From a virus (taxonomy: Duplodnaviria; Caudoviricetes): DNA of 24,691 nt. The notes below the pieces were generated by a model. The model had not been told where the DNA came from and did no database searches. It worked only from the letters and a program-made list of their open reading frames with translations. The DNA lies in IMG/VR virus record IMGVR_UViG_3300020413_000079, positions 1-24,691 of that record; one strand, given 5' to 3'. Numbering within the stretch: position 1 is the stretch's first letter; every line of letters starts with the position of its first letter. Positions 9,578 through 16,755 of this stretch are shown here, piece after piece. The translations under genes were made by a program, and so were the position numbers.

Positions 9578-9606
9578 ATTATATCAAATAAAGGGGGCAC
9601 ATTCAA
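9578..9606 (-). promoter_or_regulatory. sigma70-type promoter TTGAAT-N17-TATAAT with extended -10 TG
   Basis: Minus strand reads TTGAAT gtgccccctttatttga TATAAT atagtt ATG, in an intergenic gap. Confidence 0.75.
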
Positions 9607-9611
9607 GTACA

Positions 9612-10847
9612 TTATATCCATTTTACCCACTCCGATTTTGGCTTCTTGTCTAAGGCTTGCTCAGATATTACAGGCAATTGGAAAGTTATTCCATACTTAG
9701 GGTGTGTAAACCATAAGGCTTGCCGTGGCTCTTCATAAGAGAACCTATTACTCATAGCATATTCGTCATATCCTTTAAGAGATCCGTTAACTATAATACC
9801 TTTTAAAGATAGATACTGATGCCAGTGTCCCATGATAACGTAATCAATAGGCTTTTTATGTGTGGCATATTCAGCTTTAACTTTGGCTACCCCTCTAGAA
9901 ATAGGGCCAAGCATACCAACTACTCCACTGCCGCCCTTAACTCCTAGCCTGTCTCCATGAGTGAGCAAGTAGTTAACGTCATATATTTTGTAGTATGAAT
10001 CAAAGCCATAGTTTATTTGAAACTGTACTCTTTTGTCTTTAGCATTAGTATAATGTTTCTCAAGCATAGTATATAGCATCCAGTCAAAGCTAGTTGCTGC
10101 TGCTTGTTTATGTCTGTATTGTCTAAACATTCTTCCATGATTTCCAAATGCACATGGCACAAATACCTTACCAAACACATCAGCTAATGAATCAATAGCC
10201 CATGTCAAGTGATCAAACAATTCAAGCACATGCTCTATGTTAGTTCCGTCATTTGTTTCTGTTAACTCTTCATGTATATGTCCAGATATCATGTCACCAC
10301 CCAAACATAAAACAATACCAGGATACTTTGGATTAACCATATGGTTAGTGCATAAATCAATAGTAGATTCTATTGTAGACTTAAGCCTAGCTTTAGCAAT
10401 ACTTCTGTCGTATTTATTTAAACCGTTCACTTCATCTGGATTAACTACCTCACCCCAGTGTAAATCAGATAGAAACAATGTAGGTACACCAGGTGCTCCG
10501 TGTGCTGGAGAACTTTTTCTTAGCCACTTAGGTGGTTTAGCTGTGCGATTATGTAATTTAAATACTGTCTTTCTTATTTGTTCGGCAGTAATATTATCTA
10601 AGGCTAATTCTTTTACTTGTTTTTTTAAATCAGATATTTGCATATCATACAAAATCTTTTGCTCTATCAAAGCTGCATCAGTATCAGGTGCATTTACTGT
10701 TGGTGCAATACCCTCACGCTCTGCCGCTTCTAGTCTACCAATCAAGGTAGTTCTAGGTATACCTAAAGTCTTAGCTGCTTCTGCTTTGTTACCTTTAGCT
10801 ACAACTAAAGCATTAATTGCTTCTAGATTTTTATTTTCTATACCCAT
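9612..10847 (-). CDS. HTH + coiled-coil + calcineurin-like metallophosphoesterase
   Basis: N-terminal Fis-like HTH (GNKAEAAKTLGIPRTTL); metallophosphoesterase motifs SDLHWGE, GGDMISG, FGNHGR, THGD, MGHWH. Start moved from 10862 to the ATG at 10847, which follows a GGAG RBS. Confidence 0.85.
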   Translation of the reverse strand: MGIENKNLEAINALVVAKGNKAEAAKTLGIPRTTLIGRLEAAEREGIAPTVNAPDTDAALIEQKILYDMQISDLKKQVKELALDNITAEQIRKTVFKLHNRTAKPPKWLRKSSPAHGAPGVPTLFLSDLHWGEVVNPDEVNGLNKYDRSIAKARLKSTIESTIDLCTNHMVNPKYPGIVLCLGGDMISGHIHEELTETNDGTNIEHVLELFDHLTWAIDSLADVFGKVFVPCAFGNHGRMFRQYRHKQAAATSFDWMLYTMLEKHYTNAKDKRVQFQINYGFDSYYKIYDVNYLLTHGDRLGVKGGSGVVGMLGPISRGVAKVKAEYATHKKPIDYVIMGHWHQYLSLKGIIVNGSLKGYDEYAMSNRFSYEEPRQALWFTHPKYGITFQLPVISEQALDKKPKSEWVKWI

Positions 10848-11223
10848 TTGATACATCTCCATTGTTTACAATTCTACCAAAGCTATCCACTATTGACCCT
10901 TGAGGCGCACCTTTTAATTTGCCCTTGTTGTCATAAGCTTCAGCTACCACTCTATAAAATACTTGTTGATCAGTTCCAGGAACCATGTTGTTGGACCACT
11001 CACCTGTCCTCTCATACCTTCTTAACTCAGCAAGATTAGCTTTATGATGTAGGTAATCTCCATAAGCTTCTGCATGATTCTTATCTCTTTTACCTAGCTT
11101 TCTAGATACTTTATAAGCTTGAGCCGCTGCTTCAGTCTCTTGCTTCTTTAACTTATCTATTTCTTTTTGAGTATGTTTCTTAGCAGGGCTAAGTTTTAAC
11201 GGATAGTCTGGGTGATATTTCAT
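10831..11223 (-). CDS. Hypothetical protein (130 aa, MKYHPDYPLK...)
   Basis: ATG at 11223 preceded by AGGAGAGAG; the track start at 11253 lies inside a hairpin and is unlikely. No recognisable motif. Confidence 0.75.
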   Translation of the reverse strand: MKYHPDYPLKLSPAKKHTQKEIDKLKKQETEAAAQAYKVSRKLGKRDKNHAEAYGDYLHHKANLAELRRYERTGEWSNNMVPGTDQQVFYRVVAEAYDNKGKLKGAPQGSIVDSFGRIVNNGDVSNGYRK

Positions 11224-11237
11224 ATTCTCTCTCCTAT

Positions 11238-11277
11238 AAAAAGCTAGGGGCAAACTAACCTAAATTAATTCGCCCCT
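11238..11277 (-). terminator. Terminator-like hairpin (14-bp stem with 3 G-U pairs, 4-nt loop) followed by AGC-UUUUU
   Basis: Minus RNA AGGGGCGAAUUAAU UUAG GUUAGUUUGCCCCU AGC UUUUU; the wobble pairs only work on the minus-strand RNA. The U-tract is offset by 3 nt, so it is atypical. Confidence 0.55.
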
Positions 11278-11296
11278 TGTGCCCCCCTTAATTCGT

Positions 11297-11326
11297 ATTA
11301 TACCACGAACAAGGGGTAATTGTCAA
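11297..11326 (-). promoter_or_regulatory. Consensus sigma70 promoter TTGACA-N18-TATAAT with extended -10 TG
   Basis: Minus strand reads TTGACA attaccccttgttcgtgg TATAAT acgaat, immediately after the RNR stop codon. Confidence 0.85.
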
Positions 11327-11329
11327 GGG

Positions 11330-13243
11330 CTAATTTCCTGTAACGTCTACTAATTCGCAGACACCACCTGTACAGGCTAGCTCTTGTGAACCTGTGGTAT
11401 TATCTTTATCCTCAACAAATGCAGAAAAATCCACACCGTTCGGCATTTGCTTTAATAAATTTTCGTATTGTTTTTTATCACAATCTTGGTAGGGTGCTTG
11501 CTGATATACGTGATCAGCATAAGGCAAGAAACTTATTCCCGCCACATGATCAAAGTTTTTATAAACCCATGCTCCTACATCCATCCACTCGTGATCCTTT
11601 ACTGATATAGTAACAGAAGGTTTGTGCTCACACCAATGCTTCTGGTATAACAACCAAATCTCTAGTTGTTGTATAGCACCTACATCATTTCTACAGACAG
11701 CACGGTCTGGTGATTTAATTGGAAAAGAAAACACGGTGACTGATGTGGGATTAGTAACATCTGGTTCATTAGGAAATCCTTTTTCAATCATGAATGAAGT
11801 CAATGGATCTTTTGTATCACACCTAACTGTTCTTATGTAGTATGGGCTATGTCTTGTGTGAATACCTGATGCACTATCCACTAACTGACTAACAGTTCCT
11901 GAAGGCTTTACACAAGTTATGGCAGTAGACTGTGGTATCTTTAAAGTTTTCGCTAACTCTTTATTAACCTCTACAGCAGTTGCCTTTAGCTTTTTAAGAA
12001 AGTCCGCAGTAGGTAAATTTGTATAGTGATTATCCATTATACCTGTCAAGGATACTCCAAGTAATCTTTCTTCTTCCGTATTATCTTTCCATATTTTACG
12101 TAAATATTTAAAGTCAGTAAGGGTCGATTGGAATGTTCCAAGTATAGTAGCCAGCCTAACCTTTGCTTTCAAAGATGAAGGAGTGTCTGCCCCTCTTACT
12201 ACTACTTCAGTAAGATTACAAAATTGATAAGGCCTTAGTATTATTTCAGAGCAAGGGTTAGTTCCGAAATCAAAATCACTATCTCTTCTGCCGTTTTCCG
12301 CAGCTTTATCTTTAGCAGATTTCCTGTTAAATATTCCACGCTCACCAGACTTACTATCAAATAAACTTTTCCATTCATGCATAAACAAACCTATGTCGGG
12401 TGTTCTAGTATAACATGCTGAGTTATTAGCCAATGCTCTTTGAGGTTCTGTGTTCCACCACTGTCCACTCTTGGCCTTTCTCATTCTGTCATCTTGTATA
12501 TTACTAAGAGATAGTAAAGCACTACGTCTTACTCCTCCTACAACAACGACCTCACCAATCTTACAAACAAGATCATGACATTCTATTGCATCTAATCTTC
12601 TGCCAGTTGCATTTTTAAACATGGTAATAGCAAAGTCAAAAAGATTTACTAAAGGTTGTGGACCACTAGCTCTTCCTCCAAATGTTTTTAATCTAGCACC
12701 TGCTGGTCTTACTTTAGTTATATCAATCTTCGGTATCTGTCCGCCGTATAACATTGCTAGTAATTCTTTGAAAGCTTTTGCCCACCCTGTCTTACTATCT
12801 TGAACAACAATAACTGTATCACTTTCTTCCATGGTCTCATGAACTGGGGGCAACTGTTGTACAAAATTTCTTTCAACAGAGAACCCAACACCTGTTCCGC
12901 ACATTAGTATGTACATCAACTCATCAAATGCTCGTACATTATCTATAGGAATATAACTACAGTTATATCCTGCTACATGTTCTTTATCTAACGCTTGTCC
13001 TGCTGTCATCAGTGCACGCATAGATGGCATCACTTCTGTAGATAGTACAGCATTCTCCAGTTCGTGCCGCAAACTACTATCTAAATTGTATTTAAAATTA
13101 TTCTTCAAATGATTTTGAATATAATCAAAGTAACGACTAACTGTTTCTTCCCAAGTCTCTCTTCTATTTTCCTCGTCCATATATCTAGCATATCTAGATG
13201 TATGTATAAATTGTTGGTACTCAGTTGGAAGTGTGTTGCTCAT
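11330..13243 (-). CDS. nrdJ: Class II (adenosylcobalamin-dependent) ribonucleotide reductase
   Basis: PSMRALMTAG, YNCSY, GTGVGFS, VVVGGVRRSA, GTNPCSEI, CNLTEV, TCVKPSGTVSQLV and C-terminal LACTGGVCE cysteine pair; no class I beta subunit nearby; RBS AAGGA. Confidence 0.93.
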   Translation of the reverse strand: MSNTLPTEYQQFIHTSRYARYMDEENRRETWEETVSRYFDYIQNHLKNNFKYNLDSSLRHELENAVLSTEVMPSMRALMTAGQALDKEHVAGYNCSYIPIDNVRAFDELMYILMCGTGVGFSVERNFVQQLPPVHETMEESDTVIVVQDSKTGWAKAFKELLAMLYGGQIPKIDITKVRPAGARLKTFGGRASGPQPLVNLFDFAITMFKNATGRRLDAIECHDLVCKIGEVVVVGGVRRSALLSLSNIQDDRMRKAKSGQWWNTEPQRALANNSACYTRTPDIGLFMHEWKSLFDSKSGERGIFNRKSAKDKAAENGRRDSDFDFGTNPCSEIILRPYQFCNLTEVVVRGADTPSSLKAKVRLATILGTFQSTLTDFKYLRKIWKDNTEEERLLGVSLTGIMDNHYTNLPTADFLKKLKATAVEVNKELAKTLKIPQSTAITCVKPSGTVSQLVDSASGIHTRHSPYYIRTVRCDTKDPLTSFMIEKGFPNEPDVTNPTSVTVFSFPIKSPDRAVCRNDVGAIQQLEIWLLYQKHWCEHKPSVTISVKDHEWMDVGAWVYKNFDHVAGISFLPYADHVYQQAPYQDCDKKQYENLLKQMPNGVDFSAFVEDKDNTTGSQELACTGGVCELVDVTGN

Positions 13244-13273
13244 GTTAGTCCTTTCTTATTTGGGTGAACTTGT

Positions 13274-13302
13274 ATTATATCATTTTTCATTTTGACTGTC
13301 CA
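13274..13302 (-). promoter_or_regulatory. sigma70-type promoter TGGACA-N17-TATAAT with extended -10, upstream of RNR
   Basis: Minus strand reads TGGACA gtcaaaatgaaaaatga TATAAT acaagt; same TGATATAATAC core as the promoter at 22191. Confidence 0.7.
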
Positions 13303-14570
13303 GATATATATTTCTTTTCCACAGGAAAAACTATATTACCTTCTACCTTTATGTAACCAGAGTCTTCCATGGCTTTAATAGTTTGCTCTAATTCTCCAGG
13401 GTTAGGAACCTTTCTTAACAGTTCTCTTTTAAATAGCTTAAGAAGCATATGAGTTCGGCCATTATTAAATAGTGTACCATGTAGCCATGTAACCATGTCA
13501 TGTGCTATACGTCCTGTTCTGCCCATGCCAAACCCTTCTAAAGCTTTAGGCATAGAAGCCTCAGCTTCAAACATTATCTCTTTAGTAGTATCCCAGTCTT
13601 CTCTCATTATCTTTCTGGTGCCCCTCCTTGAAGCAGAGACAGCCATAGCAATCTTAATAAAGTGAGATACTCTACGTTGAACATACTCAGATAGGTGATT
13701 GTCTTTAGGTTCTGGCGGTATGCCGTCATGTATATCTTGTTCTACATAATCAAAAGCATCCTTATCAAAAGACATAGGGCCATACATCTTTGCTATATCG
13801 GCAAGATCATGGACTAAATTGTTTACAGTATTATCGCTTATTCTTTTTTGTAACAAGCTCTGCGGTATCCTTTCACCATCATAGTAAACAGGTATCATAC
13901 GAGAGAGTAACCCCTGAGACCTCGCATCTTCTGGTAAGTTATCTACAAATTGTTCTGGTGTAGCACAAGCCAACCAATTAAGACACGGTCCTTTGATTAT
14001 ATATTCACCTGCTGTCTTAGTCTTGTGGCTGTATTCCATTTTAGAATCCCACATATCTGTTAAGAACATCTGCAAGTAACGTTCATGCCTACTCATAAAG
14101 GTACCAAACTCTGACGTAACTAAGGTCATAGATGAATCATAGAACTCATCCGCCGCAGGAGTTGCTATTCTTAGGTCAAGTCTTGTTACCTTTGTCATGT
14201 CTACTGCGAGTTTTTCTGGTGTAATTCTATCTTGTATAGAGTATAAAGGATATTTACGTAAGCCATACTGATCTAATCCAGAGTTAAAGTTCTGGTCATC
14301 TTCACTTGTACCAACTGGTGTAGTTAACTTAGTGAACACCCTACTGAATGGTAAGATTAAACTTACGGATTTATTTCTTCCAGGAGGGGCAATCAATACT
14401 ACAAACAAGTTAGTTCTAATATCATAGTTAGCCATAGGATACCATACTCTCCTGCCCATAGCGCCAGCGACTGCACTCAGTGCACTCCATCTAGCAAAAG
14501 GCTGAGGTATGGGACTATCCTTTATAGCATCCATACATGCCTCAGAAAAATCTTTGTAATTTCTACTCAT
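13287..14570 (-). CDS. DUF3987/YfjI-like AAA+ ATPase with C-terminal winged helix; putative replicative helicase
   Basis: NLFVVLIAPPGRNKS Walker A variant, TPEKL, LVTSEFG Walker B variant, GLLSR arginine-finger-like motif, short C-terminal wHTH-like region. Confidence 0.7.
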   Translation of the reverse strand: MSRNYKDFSEACMDAIKDSPIPQPFARWSALSAVAGAMGRRVWYPMANYDIRTNLFVVLIAPPGRNKSVSLILPFSRVFTKLTTPVGTSEDDQNFNSGLDQYGLRKYPLYSIQDRITPEKLAVDMTKVTRLDLRIATPAADEFYDSSMTLVTSEFGTFMSRHERYLQMFLTDMWDSKMEYSHKTKTAGEYIIKGPCLNWLACATPEQFVDNLPEDARSQGLLSRMIPVYYDGERIPQSLLQKRISDNTVNNLVHDLADIAKMYGPMSFDKDAFDYVEQDIHDGIPPEPKDNHLSEYVQRRVSHFIKIAMAVSASRRGTRKIMREDWDTTKEIMFEAEASMPKALEGFGMGRTGRIAHDMVTWLHGTLFNNGRTHMLLKLFKRELLRKVPNPGELEQTIKAMEDSGYIKVEGNIVFPVEKKYISGQSK

Positions 14571-14793
14571 CGTTTGAAATATCTATTATATCACCAATCT
14601 TTTTAAAATCAAGGTTTTCTTTAGGTATATTAACTAACTTATAAACTTTAGCCTTTGTCTCTACCAAAATCTTTCCATCCTTGTATTGCATTTTACAAGG
14701 CCCTTCAATCTCTACTGCATGGCACGTGTTTACCACGTCTCCTTCATCAACAGTAAAAGTCTGCTCATCGTTGTTGATACATATTTGCTTCAT
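14563..14793 (-). CDS. Small phage hypothetical protein (76 aa)
   Basis: Strong GGGAGGT RBS; overlaps both neighbours; HAVEIEGPCK...VET pattern recalls small aquatic-phage proteins. Confidence 0.7.
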   Translation of the reverse strand: MKQICINNDEQTFTVDEGDVVNTCHAVEIEGPCKMQYKDGKILVETKAKVYKLVNIPKENLDFKKIGDIIDISNDE

Positions 14794-15415
14794 GTTTTAC
14801 CTCCCATTTTTGTGGTTTCCAATCTTTGTCATAATTTTCATGCTTATGAAATATGGATGGTTTCTCAAACCAAATGCTAGAAGCCAAGTTCTCTCTGACT
14901 CCTGCGTGTACATATGATACTCTATGCAATCTAGCTGAGTCATATATTACCATCCTATTTTGTACACATCTAATTGTTTCTTTAAAACTTTCTTCTGCGC
15001 CTAGCTCTAAGTAATTATGAACAGCTAATCGCTGATTCCTTTTTTCTCTATCATCAAAAGGATATAACTCTAAATTACCGCCCACTAAATCTTCTACCAT
15101 TGTATAGTAAACCATGCTAGCCCCTGCAATTTCATAATTATCTGTACTAAATTCTTTTTCATTAGTGTCTTGATGCCAAGCTAAACCAGGATTGGGTGCA
15201 GTTAATTTTCTTGACCAGTACTCTATACCTGCAGGATAATTATCAGAATTCACGTATGGTCTCCATAGCGAATGAAGAGCTTGCTCTACAGAATTTCTTG
15301 GAGCAACCCTCCACCATCCATCCCACCAATTATAATCTGGCATGGTTTTATAAGATAAACTATTTACTAAACGCAATCTAAATTCTTCTGGTATCGCATC
15401 ATCAAACAGGATCAT
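14765..15415 (-). CDS. 2OG-Fe(II) oxygenase (prolyl-hydroxylase-like)
   Basis: WHQD (HxD), GGNL, NRMVIYD, LHRV (distal His), VRENL (2OG-binding Arg); RBS AGGAGA. Confidence 0.85.
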   Translation of the reverse strand: MILFDDAIPEEFRLRLVNSLSYKTMPDYNWWDGWWRVAPRNSVEQALHSLWRPYVNSDNYPAGIEYWSRKLTAPNPGLAWHQDTNEKEFSTDNYEIAGASMVYYTMVEDLVGGNLELYPFDDREKRNQRLAVHNYLELGAEESFKETIRCVQNRMVIYDSARLHRVSYVHAGVRENLASSIWFEKPSIFHKHENYDKDWKPQKWEVKHEANMYQQR

Positions 15416-16103
15416 CTAATATCTCCTTCCTTATCTTTGTTGCTCCAAGATGTGATCTCCCAATTACATCAAAATATTTATGATATTTTATATACTCATC
15501 ACCCATCATGAGTTTCTTTTCAACAACATATTTTTTACCTGATAGAGGAATTGCATGAGCAATTATATCGCCGTAATTAAATTTTAAATAACCAAAGCCT
15601 TTAGGTATATACATATTAATCCTCATAGGCATAGGATTTTTAGACTGTTCTATGACTCCATTTAATACATGAATGTTTAATCTATCTCCCCAAAAATTAT
15701 TAGTAATTAAAAAACTTTCTTTCTCTTCAGTTACAAAACTATATCTGCAAACTATTTTAAAATGATGATAACGCTCACTAAAAGCACTGCCTGTTTGAAC
15801 ATCAGGGTGTATGCTGCCAGCACTTTCTGGAGAATACCTTATGCCTATTTTATTATCATCAGTTAAAAACTCTGATATTTCAAGTTCCAAATCCAAAGGC
15901 AATGCAAAAGAATTTTTATATAAATCAATAAAACCAGGGCACCCTTTCATAGTAGGGTTCATAAGTGGTTGGGTTTCGTCTTGTGAAACAAAGTGTCTAG
16001 GCAATTTCTTCCACCATTCAGGTGCATATTTAAGGCTAGGTGCCATAGGTTTATAGTCATGAATATATGCATCATCAGTTACAAATTTTATTACATTAGG
16101 CAT
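15402..16103 (-). CDS. Beta-rich phage protein often found beside oxygenases (DUF6065-like; function unknown)
   Basis: PEWWKKLP, TMKGCPGFIDLY and GDIIAHAIP motifs recalled from marine-phage proteins in oxygenase-rich regions; AGGAG RBS before ATG 16103. Family name tentative. Confidence 0.6.
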   Translation of the reverse strand: MPNVIKFVTDDAYIHDYKPMAPSLKYAPEWWKKLPRHFVSQDETQPLMNPTMKGCPGFIDLYKNSFALPLDLELEISEFLTDDNKIGIRYSPESAGSIHPDVQTGSAFSERYHHFKIVCRYSFVTEEKESFLITNNFWGDRLNIHVLNGVIEQSKNPMPMRINMYIPKGFGYLKFNYGDIIAHAIPLSGKKYVVEKKLMMGDEYIKYHKYFDVIGRSHLGATKIRKEILDDPV

Positions 16104-16755
16104 TATCACTCCTTGGTAGATTTGGTATATAAGTATACCAATGTGTAATAGAATATCTACCTAGACCTAGTATATTTAGTTTAGGGTCATTCATCTTAAT
16201 AGGTGTTACCTCGTGGTTAATAAAACTAGGGAAGAATATTAATCTATTGTGTTTTGATTCTACTTTAGTTTGTATTTCAGGTAAAAAGAAATCACCACCA
16301 GTATATCTCTTTGGTGTTTTATGAAACCATATAATGATTGAAAATAGAAAGGTATCGTGGTGTGCTTTATAATAATCTGAATCATTATAGTAAGTAACTA
16401 AAGTTCTATCACAATTTGATGTAAAGAAATTTCTACTCATTGGAGTTAATTGTTTAGCCTTCTCACAAAACCAATCTGTATTAATTAGTTCTTGTTGTTT
16501 AGTTAATATAGTTGATACATTTCTAGCTTGTGGTTGATATGTTTCATCTAAGAATATTCTAAAAGATTGACCAGTTGGTTTGCCTTCTTTATCTCTTGCA
16601 TAAGAATTATCATTTCTAATCATTTTATCTTCGTTTGTATAAAACTCTAATTCTTTCCATACGTCTTTTTCAGATTGTTCATCATACCAATTGTCAACTA
16701 ACATTACTGGAAAGGCAGGATTTTGATTTATAAAAGTATATTCACGCATTGACAT
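16096..16755 (-). CDS. 2OG-Fe(II) oxygenase
   Basis: YKAHHD (HxD), YTGGDF, NRLIFFPS, NHEV, GRYSIT; overlaps the polymerase stop; start may be 16749. Confidence 0.88.
   Translation of the reverse strand: MSMREYTFINQNPAFPVMLVDNWYDEQSEKDVWKELEFYTNEDKMIRNDNSYARDKEGKPTGQSFRIFLDETYQPQARNVSTILTKQQELINTDWFCEKAKQLTPMSRNFFTSNCDRTLVTYYNDSDYYKAHHDTFLFSIIIWFHKTPKRYTGGDFFLPEIQTKVESKHNRLIFFPSFINHEVTPIKMNDPKLNILGLGRYSITHWYTYIPNLPRSDNA

Noticed and set aside
10237-10851. 204-aa plus-strand ORF, and similar plus-strand ORFs at 9402, 16749, 17604, 21236, 23145 and 24404
   Set aside because: They lie antisense to well-supported minus-strand genes and have the Ser/Ile/Phe-rich composition typical of shadow frames.
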